Source: Macrostomum hystrix
Lineage: Eukaryota > Animalia > Platyhelminthes
Length of the DNA stretch: 64,000 bases
Direction: 5' to 3'
NCBI GenBank assembly: GCA_950097015.1
Contig: CATNEN010000007.1
Location: 4,030,001 to 4,094,000, forward strand
A model generated the notes under the pieces. It was not told the DNA's origin and searched no databases. It was given only the letters and a program-made list of their open reading frames with translations. This document shows, piece after piece, positions 39,148 through 51,071 of this stretch; the first letter of the stretch is position 1; every line of letters starts with the position of its first letter. Both the position numbers and the translations under genes were made by a program.

Positions 39148-41209
39148 TTAATAATCCACCACTACTATTGTTTCTTGGCTGCTACTCTGGACCGGTTGCA
39201 CAGCGGTCCTGCCGACTTTGATCGGTTGCACAGCTGTCCCGCTGACTTTGACCGGTTGCACAGCTGTCCCGCCGACTTTGACCGGTTGCACAGCTGTCCC
39301 GCCGACTTTGACCGGTTGCACAGCTGTCCCGCCGACTTTGACCGGTTGCACAGCTGGAGCTGTCCCGCCGACTTTGACCGGTTGCACAGCTGGAGCTGTC
39401 CCGCCGACTTTGACCGGTTGCACAGCGGTCCTGCCGACTTTGACCGGTTGCACAGCGGTCCTGCCGACTTTGACCGGTTGCACAGCTGTCCCGCCGACTT
39501 TGACCGGTTGCACAGCTGTCCCACCGACTTTGACCGGTTGCACAGCTGGAGCTGTCCCGCCGACTTTGACCGGTTGCACAGCTGGAGCTGTCCCGCCGAC
39601 TTTGACCGGTTGCACAGCTGTCCCGCCGACTTTGACCGGTTGCACAGCGGTCCTGCCGACTTTGACCGGTTGCACAGCTGTCCCGCCGACTTTGACCGGT
39701 TGCACAGCTGTCCCACCGACTTTGACCGGTTGCACAGCTGTCCCGCCGACTTTGACCGGTTGCACAGCTGTCCCACCGACTTGGACTAACGCATGTGAGT
39801 CCCTGCTCATTCCCGGTAGCACAGGTGAGTCGCTGTTCGTTCCCGGTAGCACAGGTGAGTCGCTGCTCGTTCCCGGTAGCACAGGTGAGTCGCTGCTCGT
39901 TCCCGGCAGCACAGGTAGATCGCTGCTCGTTCCCGGCTGAAGTGGTGAGTCGCTGTAGAAAGTGACTTCACTGATCTTTTTTTCAAATTTTATTTGGGCC
40001 CTGGCATCCCAGACTTTTTGAAGCTCTGTTTTTGAGAGCTTTTGTGGGTGAATATCACTTCGAACTCCGGCCGGCCAGTGAATCCATCGACCGTACAGTG
40101 CAACTTTTCCAAATTGCAACTGCCGTCTGCCAATTGCTCTTTCTAAAAGTAGAAATAAAAGCGTGTTTATGAGCATAATTGAAACTAGCAATGTTTATAA
40201 TTTTGTACGTGATTTACTTGCAACTTAATATAACGGAATTTCAGTTGTTGCAATTATCTAATGTAATATTCGTAATTCTCAAACATAGCATAGCCTTGCA
40301 ATCATTTTAACACGGACGAGAGTCCGTGTTAAAGTACCAGAAATTAATACGAGTGGAAAAACGATGATGTGGCTTCGAATAGGACCCAGGCATGCGATTG
40401 TCAGCCCGTACTTACTAAACTTGTTCTGCAGCATATTGCTGACAGCAATGCGCAAGGTAGCCGCAGTCTTAGGCCGAGAAGCAGAAGCAGACGACACGCA
40501 CGATTGAAAAGCCAAAAAAATGTTCGATTTTAGATAAACTGTGAATAACTAAGATTAAAAATTTATTTGAATACTGTCAGTAAACAAGTACCTGCGATTT
40601 TACGAGATACTTACTGAGGCGACATTCGCTCGCTCACAGAAGCCTACGACTTCCTGCGATTCATACACGGTAGTGGCACCTTCAGCTTTGGAATGCAGCA
40701 GCACGATAACGTGGTAGCCTGCATTATCGGCTGAATCGACCTTGTAGTGAAGGCATACATTGAGATTAGCAACAAAGTTCATAATTGCCTAAGGGAGTAT
40801 ACTACGTGCATGAATGCATGCATTCGAACTTTATTGCTTACGATGCTGTTAGCCATGCTAACCAGCTTCTTCCGCTGAAAAGAGGCGGTATCTGTGCGTT
40901 CTGCGGCTTGGGCACGCAAGGCTTCCTTCCCCTGCTTGTCAAGCAAAGCATAGCGCTCGCGAAGGCCGCTGACTTGATCTGAAATTTAGGATTACCATTC
41001 GAGCTTAAAGATCTCATAAGCATTAAAAAATTTGAGAGCTAAAGTGACACTGTTTCTTAAACTATTTTATGTTGAATGTGGCATCTGAGTGAGTGGATTG
41101 AATAAATTTAAATCTGAATTAAATGCATACCAACAACGTTTAAACTAGGGTCGTAATTAATTCGCTCAAATACGTTCCAAGCACTAGGCCTTCTAGCAGA
41201 ACGTGACAT
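39148..41209 (-). CDS. Transposon-borne accessory gene: N-terminal HMG-box-like region, unknown central domain, repetitive C-terminus (~505 aa)
   Basis: Phase-consistent exons 41209-41131, 40978-40842, 40788-40615, 40548-40416, 40142-39148 sum to 1518 nt. The N-terminus MSRSARRPSAWNVFERINYDPSLNVVDQVSGLRERYALLDKQGKEALRAQAAE resembles HMG-box helices. Confidence 0.72.
39185..39960. repeat. 30/36-bp tandem repeats inside the last exon of the accessory gene
   Basis: GACCGGTTGCACAGCTGTCCCGCCGACTTT units (encoding GGTAVQPVKV) and a second 30-bp unit (encoding SSDSPVLPGT). Unit lengths are multiples of 3. Confidence 0.9.
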
Positions 41210-41363
41210 CTGAAATTTTAAAGAACCAATACCAGCTTTTACATAGCGCAAAAATCTAGAGACTTATATTGATAAGTCCTAAGTCTTCCTTTAGACTAAT
41301 TCCTTAGGTTACTTGTTATAGTAATCTAATAGCTTATAATAAGTACTTATAGTCGTCATACTT

Positions 41364-42716
41364 CGGGTGTGTCATAAGTAATGTCACTGAGGGTAAAACA
41401 GACCAACTAACAATCGCAGATGAACGAAACTGTATCAATCAACAACATAGTGTCCCCCAATATCAATCACCCTCTGGCAGTGCTCGTACAGCTTCTCTAC
41501 CTCAGCCTGCAGGTGTTTTTCCTCCAGCTGTCGGAACCAGTGCAACGCGGCTTCTTTGACCTCATCATGGTTTGTGAAACTTCTCTGGGAAAAGTCTGCA
41601 TTAGCCATTTAAAGAGAAACCTGTCGCACAAGTTGAAGTCTGGGCTGTAGGGACTCTGCCAGAGCAGGTTTACTCGCCGTCCAGCCAGAAAATCCGAAAC
41701 AGCCTGACAGGTGTGGGGCCGTGCGTTGTCCATCTGCCACAGAACTTCGTTCAGGTGAATCGGGTTTGACCGGAGCGTGCGCCAGAGGTTCCCAGTGTGT
41801 CGGACAAAGTCGATGAAGTACTGGCCATCGACCTTGGTGTTTGGCGGAGTTGTACAGATGGAGACTCGTTTGTTTGGCGTGAATGCCACCAGCAGCATGG
41901 TCTTCTTGTCTGAGATAGACCTCCTGGTCACAGTCAGCCTGGAGTCCCCAGCTCCCAGCCAGCAGCGATTGTCTGCCTTGCTGCTTTTGCCATCCAGGTG
42001 GAGCCAGGTCTCATCCTCAACAACCAGGCAGTTTAGGATGTCATCCAAGCCCCGGCTGCTGAACACCTTGAGGATCTGATTGGCGCAGTTCACACGGGCC
42101 TGACGTTGGTCCGCAGTGAGGTCATGGGGCACCCAGACCGAGCAGACGTTTCGGAGATGGAGATCCTCTGTCAAGATATGATGGACTGTCTTGAAATCAA
42201 TCTCCAAGCAGTCCGCTAGCTCCCTGACAGACTGCCGCGGGTCTTCCTTGACCAGGTCGCTGATGACTTCGATGTTCTCTATTGTCCTGGTTGAACATGG
42301 TCGTCCAGATCTGGCGGCATCTCCCAATTCGAACCCAGGATCAGTAAAGTTCTGAAACCACCTGTAAATTGTCCTGCGAGTTGGGCAGTTGTCTGGCAGT
42401 GTGTTCCGGAGATCCTCCTCTACTTCAAGTGCAGATTTTCCAAGCTTGAAGCGAATGAAAGCATTGAACTGGATGTGCATCTTGTCGTGATTCATGTTGA
42501 GTTTTGCTCGTTGCAAAAAGAAGATTTCATCGCATTGCGCTTGCTAAATCTGATTAACACATTCTTGCGACAGTTTTGGCCATAGACATTAAAATTGCTG
42601 CTCAGGTGTGGTGGCAACTTCTCAATAAATGTACTTTCAGAATATAATATATTTGGATGATTATTGCTTTGGGTTCCCGCACAACAACCACAGTGACATT
42701 ACTTATGACACACCCG
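41364..42716 (-). mobile_element. Mariner (DD34D) transposon, 1353 bp, nested in the giant element
   Basis: TIRs CGGGTGTGTCATAAGTAATGTCACTG and CAGTGACATTACTTATGACACACCCG. TA at the right flank; TT at the left flank. Confidence 0.93.
41435..42516 (-). pseudogene. Mariner transposase with a single frameshift near the C-terminus
   Basis: HTH region, WVPHDLT, VEDETW (D), MDNARPH (D) and YSPDFNLCD (D, 34 residues after the second D). After FKWL the canonical C-terminus (..CQRVIDIGGHYVVD, stop 41435-41437) continues in another frame at ~41600. Confidence 0.88.
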
Positions 42717-42779
42717 TAGTATAATGGAAATATATATTAAAATAAGCTTCCGTGAGTGACCAGGTTGTGGCATACATAC

Positions 42780-43330
42780 ATTCGCCTGGAGCACCAAGGT
42801 GTGCAAAAGGCCATCGGGTAAGTGGATGGCCAGATTGAGAAGGCTAACTGTATCAGGGATAGGCCATCAGGGTATGGGGAAGACCACCAGGGTTTGGGAA
42901 AGGTCATCAAGGTGTGTGGATGGCCATCAATGTGTGGTGAAGGCAACCAGGGTGTGGGAAAGGCCAGCAGGGTGTGGGGAAGGCCACCAGGGTGTGGGAA
43001 AGGCCACCAGGGTGTGGGAATGGCCATTAAGGTGCAGGGATGACCAGCAGAATGAAGTAGAGGCCATCACGAGGTGTGGTGAAGTCCAGCAGGGTGTGGG
43101 GAAGGCCAGCAAGGTGTGGGAAAGACTATCAAGGAATAGTAGTAGGGTATAAGGCACTCATTGTGCCAGCAGGGTATAGGAAAGGCCAATAGGACATAGG
43201 AATAGGTGCTAGGGCATAGGAAACATTATCAGGGTATGTGGAAGGCCAACAGGGTCAAAAATGCTAGCAGGATATAGAAAAGGCCAGCAGGGTATTTAAT
43301 AGCTGGCAGGATTTAGGGAAGGCAAGCATG
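42780..43330. repeat. Degenerate ~20-bp minisatellite (AGGCCAGCAGGGTGTGGGA-like), inverse of the left subterminal array
   Basis: Its reverse complement resembles the units at 29300-30150. Confidence 0.85.
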
Positions 43331-44083
43331 ATATAGGTTTATAAGAAAGATGCATCTAATGTAAGTGATAAAATATATAAAATTACTAATAATATACTAT
43401 ATACAAAAGACAACAGTACTATTTTATTTTGAATATTGGTTATCACTATAGTTTATAGTACATGATTGACTATGACCCATAGCATAGTAATAAAGATGGC
43501 ATAGTTTTCACTAGGAAAAAATTTGGGGGTCAATTTTTGGGCCAACTGTATGCCATCTATGCTTCTTTGCCAACTGTTTCTTTGTACTGTTTCTAAGAAA
43601 ATAGTCATGATGTGAACAGTGATTAAATATAGTGTACACCTTTTAGAACTGTACTCTGTTCTACTGTGGTGTGCTTTGCTATTGTTATTGTTGTTGTGCC
43701 CCAGGGGCCTTAGTGTGCCATGATTGTGTGCTGAGCATACTAGGGACCCTTATGTATAGAATTTTCTATGGCAGTGCTTATCCCCACAGTGCCATAAAAT
43801 TTTTTGTCTTATTCCTATGGTACTGTAGGAATAATTTCCTGCTTATCTGGACAGCACACTAACAATTATAGAAATATATTTTTATATACTTCAAGAAGAC
43901 ACCGTATTAGTTAACTAATTGCAAAAAAAATCTGAAAATTTTAATTTGTTTAGGCCCTACTTGCTTTTAAAAATGGGAAGAAAAGAAGAAAATTACAAAA
44001 AATGATATCACAGTAAAATCACAGTAAAATGATAGATGATAGGACAGCTATCTTGTCAGTGTGCCAAGCAGAAGGCACTCATT

Positions 44084-44656
44084 CTACAGCTAGCAGCTAG
44101 GCAATAGTATACTAGAATAGCTAATTATTATGCCTGCTCAATATACAGCTAGCATAGGTTTTAAGCTTTACTATATTATTTCTATATTAAACTAGGGCAT
44201 AGGCGGCGATAGGCCTAGCTAAAAACTGAGCGCCATCCTATTCCTGCCATACTTTTAAAGTTTAGTCTTAAAAGTGCCAGCAGGACTAATATGTAATATA
44301 TACCATAATGATGTGACTGTCTAATGTTTCAATGACTTGGAAATAAAAAAATAATAAACAGCTAGGCCCTGGGCTTACATAAATTAATATAACCTGTTAG
44401 CACTTGTACTAAGCCATTCAAATATTTGTCTAGTGACACTAAAATTATTGTTACTAAAAAGTAGTAAAATTGATATTTTGCATTAGCGAACTAAAAAAAT
44501 TAGCAGAAACGGCTGTTCAAATTTGTGCCATAAAAGGCCTTTATGCGCTTAAAAAAGGCGGTCTATATCATGCTACGATATCATATAGCATGATATGGAC
44601 CGCCTTTTAGGCGGTTTTCGCCGTGTTCTATACCGCCTAACGTGTATATACGGGTG
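44084..44656 (-). repeat. Right TIR (573 bp) of the giant element
   Basis: Reverse complement of 26893-27471. Confidence 0.95.
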
Positions 44657-45084
44657 CTAAAGCACAGAAGCTATAACATTGATCAAGTCAAACTGGGATT
44701 ATAACAAAAGACAGCTCACTACGTGTTTAGATAAGACATAGTTTGTATTTATTTAATTCTAATGAAATGCTCTTTTACCACTCAATTAAACTTCCGCTGT
44801 AATAAGCTATCAATGCTTAGGCGCAGATGACAAAGATAATTTAGTGGCACGCATTTAACTTTATCGTTGTCCGTGAATTTGACTCTGTGGTCCTGAATTG
44901 AATTGCTACTGAAAATAACTCTAAACTTATTTGCAGTTTTATATTTTTATAAAACGTATAAGTCACACGCTTTTGAGCATTCTGTAAACAGAGAATTTTT
45001 CTGCTTAGTTTGTTTTCGACTTCTGAAGTTTTCCGAGTATATTTTTTGTTACTAAATTAAAATAAATAGTCTTCTTGGTTTAAG

Positions 45085-47326
45085 ATGGCTTCTTCTGCAC
45101 ATATTAACTTAAGTGCTATAAGGGCGCTGCAGCAGGAGCTAAAAAACCTAAATGAAGAACCAGTGGAAGGATTTAAAGTGAAATTAAAAAATGACTCGAA
45201 CATGTTTGAGTGGAATGTTGCTATATTTGGTCCACCAGGAACACTTTACCAAGGTGGCTACTTTAAGGTAGGCCTGGCTATATTGTCTATAAATCTATAA
45301 TAGCAAATAAATGGCTAAAGATGGTACATGGCACCCTCTAAATTATGTTTTAGACTATATATATATTAAATTTATTATATATATATTAGCTAAAGACCCA
45401 ATGATGTGATGATAAATGCCAAAAAAAGTATTTACTACTAAGGGATATATCTTACTGTTACTGATAACTGTTAAATGTTATTTCTGATCAATAACATTTT
45501 AGAGAGTTCTTTTTCTGAATCTTATTCACAGAGTTTCACAGTAGTCATTTTTTTCAATTAGAAATTGTATCCATTCTAATCCTAGCCTAAGCCTAATCCT
45601 AAGCCTATCTAATATCCATTGCCACAGTCAAAAAGGTAACCTATGGCCTATTAGAGCTAGCTAGTATATTTTATTTCTCTTTTTAGCAATGTTTTTTTGC
45701 CTCTACAGGTCTTGTAGTTGTCACATTTTTCTTCAAAATTTAAATCCAGGGAAAAACCTAAGATTCTTAAAGGTTGACAAGCTGATAATTTATTATATGT
45801 ATCCCTTTCTGTAGAATCTATAATAGCTATATTGTCTACCCAAAATATAATATTATATTATAAGTGTAATATACAGGTATTTTAGGCATTCATAGAATAA
45901 AAAAATATTTTGCTATCACTTTGCTGCCACTCTATGGAGGTGCACTCGGACTCAGGGTCGTGGTGGTTCAGCAGTATATGAAGGCCATAATATTTTACTT
46001 TAAAAGTTTTATCAGAACTTTCAAGCATTTTACTATGCCCCTTTTCATTTCCACAGGCCCTGATGCTGTTTCCTGAAGACTATCCTTATTCGCCGCCATC
46101 CATCTCCTTTATCTCGAAGATGTTTCATCCAAATATCTACGATGTAAGTCTATATGGATATTGTGCATTGAATTTCTCCAACTCGCATTGACCCACCAGC
46201 AAGTCGCCTAGCAATTTTTATAAATTAATTAATTTTTTCAGGACGGCAAGGTTTGCATCTCGATTCTGCACCCGCCAGGCGAGGATCCGGTGAGCGGCGA
46301 GCCGCCCTCGGAGCGCTGGAATCCGACGCAGAATGTGCGCACCATCCTGCTGAGCGTCATCTCCCTGTTAAACGAGCCAAACACTTCTTCGCCAGCCAAT
46401 GTAGACGCATCCGTTATGTTTCGCAAGTGGAAAGAGAACAAGGGCGACGACTATGTAAAGATTGTCAAGTGAGGCTTTGTCATTCTGTTGGCAATGATCA
46501 CGTGTACTTAGTTCTAATTTCTAAAATCTAAGACTACAATCCTGTATTCCCCCGATTGTGCCTCCGCCCTCCGACTCGACATCCGCTCTCTGACTCTACC
46601 TCCGCTCCCTCTGACTCTACCTCCGCTCTTTGAGACTACCTCCGCTCCCTCTGACACTACCTCCGCTCACTCTGACACTACCTCCGCTCCCTCTGACACT
46701 ACCTCCGCTCTCTGACACTACCTCCGCTCACTCTGACTCTACCTCCGCTCTCTGACACTACCTCCGCTCTCTGACACTACCTCCGCTCTCTGACACTACC
46801 TCCGCTCTCTGACACTACCTCCGCTCTCTGACACTACCTCCGCTCCCTCTGACTCTACCTCCGCTCTCTGACTCTACCTCCGCTCTCTGACACTACCTCC
46901 GCTCTCCCCCTGGCTCTACGTGCACAAGCTTTTCGTTGTCCCCGGCGCATTTCCAAACGATCGCCACCGCCATCGTTCAGGAAGCAGGTCGAGCTGACCC
47001 GCAAAGACGCCGAGGCCGATGGCGTTGTGGTCCCCATCCGGGTCGAAGACTACGTAGTGAAGGCGCGCGCTCAATCGAAGTCAAACGGAGGCTTCTGCGG
47101 CAGCCGCAGCAGCGGCGGCTGCCACGCGGATCCGGATGTCGACTCGGATGTGCCATTTGAACCCTACGATGACCAAATGGACTACGATGACTACGGCGAC
47201 GATGACGAGGAAGACGTGGAAGAGGATGACGACAGCGAAGATGAAGGCATGCAAGCTGTCGGCGCGGCGAAACAAAGCGGCAAGTTTGAAGACGACGAAG
47301 ATAGCGGCTCCTTCCACCACGCTTGA
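45085..47326 (+). CDS. UBE2R2: Ubiquitin-conjugating enzyme E2, CDC34/UBE2R family
   Basis: Exons 45085-45267, 46057-46143, 46242-46468, 46981-47326. Shows HPN, catalytic GKVCISILH, the acidic loop [33 protein letters not shown] and an acidic C-terminal tail. The symbol denotes the family (CDC34/UBE2R1 vs UBE2R2 cannot be distinguished). Confidence 0.95.
46560..46905. repeat. Intronic ~19-bp minisatellite (CTCCGCTCTCTGACACTAC)
   Basis: Tandem units in intron 3 of the E2 gene. Confidence 0.92.
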
Positions 47327-48862
47327 CCTTCACTGACCTTGAACATAGTGGGGGGTTGCTGTCCCGGGGTCTTCAGCATTTCTTTGTTCTGCTACAGTCT
47401 TGTGATTTAATTTTTGGAAATCTTGTGCTGCTGGTGAATCGCTGGTGCAAAATGGATATTTTCCCTTAAAAACCCCCTTCATGCAAGACTTTCATTCAGA
47501 AGAAGAATGAAGAATCACTTTCTGCTGCTTGCCCTCCTGCGACTTGTGAGGCTCAACTTACTCGTACAATCTGTGTACCGCTGTGTACCGCTAACGGACT
47601 AGTCGGCTGCCAATTCTAACTGTCTCTGTGTATACTAGGGCTATATTTACTACTTATGAGCTATTTGTTAAAATATGTCATTTTTGCTGACCACTAGACT
47701 AGCCTGCGCCACTGTATATATTAGCTCGTATATATACACACAACAACCACCGTGCGCGAGCTGGTTCTGATATATCTACTTATAAGTAGTATATACGATG
47801 GAGATTCGTGCTATGTACTTTATTTTCTTGTAGTTTTAATGCGACCCAATTGCCTTGCGAGTCTCCTTATTTACGTAAAAAAGGAACTACATGTATTCTT
47901 ATTTTCTCTGATATTGTTTTTAGTGCTTCAGCACTGTCATGCAGGTTTGCTGTGGGTGTCTTTCACAAGCTCGATACATCCTTAGACAAAGTACATGTGT
48001 GCGTAACTTTTCGATTGGCCCGGCTGTTCCTATGGAAACGTATCGATAGTGGATCCCTGTTGGATCATCACGTGACAGGTGTGAACCAACAGCGACATGT
48101 CTGCAAGTGTAACCAATAGAATCGACCAGACGATTGTCAAGGTCGTCCTCATAGACATACATGGATTGGAACGTCGATGTAAAAATCAATGTAATTTACT
48201 GTGCTTTCTGCGGCTGAAATTTTTTCTAATGGAAAAGAAGGCTTCCAAAAATATCATTAAAAACATATTGAGCTTGGGAAACACTTGTGCCCTAACGGTC
48301 TCGACAAGCACAGTTGCAGCTAGCGTCTGGACTCGAAGCGGAACCCTTTAAGCCACCAGTCAATCAAGTCCTTTTCCAGTTGCACTTTTATTCATTCAAG
48401 AAAAGCAGTGTACACCGATTCTTTTCGATTCCCTATGATTTTCTGACACTGTACCAGTAATGCATTGTTTTCCTTTATTGGAAAGATTTATTTGAGAAAT
48501 ACGCTGGCAGACAATAAATATGTTTTCTAATCCATCGAATCAACTGCATGGCTTTATTTTGGCCCCGCCATAAATGCACTAATACGAGTAAATAGAAGTG
48601 AATTTCTGTTGCTTGCGTGTTGTTTATATGCAAATTGAAGGGAGTATTTTTGTCTATGGCACAATTGGCATTCAGAAACCAATGTTGCGGGCTCGATAAT
48701 ACAGCATTATGAAATGTTTTTCGTCTATGGCCTATAGCTTTGTTAAAGTTACGGACTCAAAAGGAACGGTTATCGCTGGCTTTAATCTGTCCCATTTTAT
48801 AATTGCAATCAATAGTTGTTAGAAGTGTTGTAAAATTTTCAAAAAGCCGCAGGCCTAGCCAG

Positions 48863-49768
48863 GTGATGTCTGTCATCACTAGTTCCAGTGGCAAGACTAG
48901 TGAGCTGTCTCTGAGCTGGTGCCACAGGCAGTGGATTGCTTCTCTGCAGCGCATTGGGGAACTGGCAGTCTCAGCCGCATCATCGAACAGAGTGGGAAAT
49001 ACATTATACCATCACCTGCAGGCGCATCCTAGCGGTGTGACGTGCATCGGCCGAGCTCTGCAAAACAGCGAGTGGTGCCCTGGCTATTTTTCTGTTGGCA
49101 GCCGCAGCAGTTCCAGTGCTACATTACAGTACCCAGTAATTGAGCCTGGACTGCAGATCTTTACCACCTCATATGACTGCTGCGTTCGCTGCGATGACTT
49201 CGAGGTAACTATAAACGACGTGTCGGTGCCCGACATCAGATTAAACCATATAAAAATTGGGAATTGTAATGCCTCCTTATGAAGTTTTATATGAAACGCC
49301 GTTCGGATTCAAACGGATTTCCTATGACTGGACAGCTTAAACCTGATAGGACCACTTTAAATTTCATAGCTTTATTGCGAACGACTGTTCAAATTTCATT
49401 TAAAATCCAATCAAAATCCGTTTCAGGTTCTCATCCACACAGGCTTACCGAAGTTTCATGGCGACTCACACAGTTGGCAAGCATGGCAAGGCTGCCTTGA
49501 GGTGCCTCACAATGCAATCATTGGTGGCACCAGACAGGGCTTGCCTGTGTATATTGCCAGGACTAAAGTCGATGAAAATATGTTCATCGTTGGTGGCTTT
49601 GTTCCAGCACAGCGCCTGGCCACATTCAATTACCAAATGCAGCTGCTGCAGCGAAATAGGGACTTTGAGCTGCTAATAATGGGCACCCGAGCCTTTAACA
49701 AGCTGGATATGAATGATGAAAATAAGAAGCTAACGAATGAGGCTGAGGAGGCAGAGACTGCTCATTGA
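48863..49768 (+). CDS. DM9-repeat (DUF3421-like) protein, last two exons
   Basis: Exons ~48863-49204 and 49427-49768 join as DDFE|VLIH. The second repeat reads W..W..VPHNAIIGG..GLPVYIAR..G..DFELL. 5' exons unresolved. Confidence 0.6.
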
Positions 49769-51071
49769 CTATCTGCCACTGAGCTCATTTTCAGTTGTCT
49801 TGCACTTAAGATCGAGCTCTATAAACATGCTGAAAGTTCATTCTATCGTTGTGCTATATAGTTATCTTGTCTTGTTGGTTTTTTCGAAACACTAGTAAGT
49901 TACCGTTATTTTTAACGGTGCCGTTATAATGGAAAACGTGTAAAATTAGCAAAAAATCCTTCATACGAGATACGAGGTTTACAAACAGATTAACCATTTG
50001 GAAATTGATTTTAAATTTTCTACAGTTTACAAGATATAAAGTTGGAGGGGGTGTGGAATTACTTTACAACTACGAGTTTCACATCTTTCTCATACTCAAA
50101 TTAGGCCAGGTAAGTCGCGCGCTTTTTTGCTAAAACCTTCTGTGTAGGCATACATCGTAAGAATTTAGCAGGCGATGAGGCAAGTGCCACGAGCGCTCAC
50201 GCGTATAGCGGTACGTATCTTCTGTCACGTCTGTGCATGCGGAACCATTTAAACCACGGACAATTAATAGGAGCGAGATTCGTGGTTTTAAGTTCGAGCG
50301 AGATTTTTTTACAAACTATCGCGGTCCATGTCACATTTATACTGCAAAACATTGTAAAATCATTTTTGCGTTAAAAATAAACATAAATAGCTTTTACTTC
50401 TTTCAAATCTTGTGCTCCTTGTTCTTTAAACGTTTCAACGCATCAATATTTCAGGCTAAGTTTTAGCAAAAGCAGAATAAAATAAAAATAAATAAATAAA
50501 AAGCAAAATAAGGCTTTTTATTTTGCGTTAAATCATTAAAGCGTTAAATCGTCGTCTGGCTCTCGTCCTCGTCAGAGTTATAATGCTTGTTTTTCGGTGT
50601 TGTCTTTATACTAGTTTAAATCTGGTGAATTCTTGATTTAAAAGCAAGAAAGCAGCATAAGATGTATGGCCGACAGACATTTGGCAGACATTTTCGCCGC
50701 CGGCGCCACTTGATTTCAGTACCTAGTTATTAAAGCTGCACTGCAATATAATTTCTATTTTTAACATTTCAAGTTCTGAATTAACCTGTTGACTAGCAAA
50801 ACAGTTCATTTCACAATACTTATATCACTAATGCTAAAGTAATCTCCATTTTTTAATAGAAGCTAATATACAATTAAGCAATTATGTCCTATATAGTTAT
50901 AGTTATAGGCCCCTACATAATTCTTATGTTAGCTCACCTTAGCTAACCTTGTTGTCTTACGTGCTCTAGCCTAAGTGTCTTACTATCTAACATAGGCCCA
51001 TTAGGCATTAGGCCTATCTAACATGCTAAAATTCTCCAAATAAAAGGATACAGACTATGGTATTATAACTA

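Larger units (their letters stand above)
26893..44656 (+). mobile_element. Giant (17.76 kb) KDZ-class DNA transposon with long TIRs, transposase and HMG-like accessory gene
   Basis: TIRs 26893-27471 and 44084-44656 are reverse complements (termini CACCCGTATATACACG...CGTGTATATACGGGTG). Flanking direct repeat CTAAAGC at 26886-26892 and 44657-44663. Two convergent spliced genes inside. Confidence 0.92.

Noticed and set aside
47920-48351. Short ORFs on both strands upstream of the DM9 exons
   Set aside because: No recognisable domain or phase-consistent splice path.
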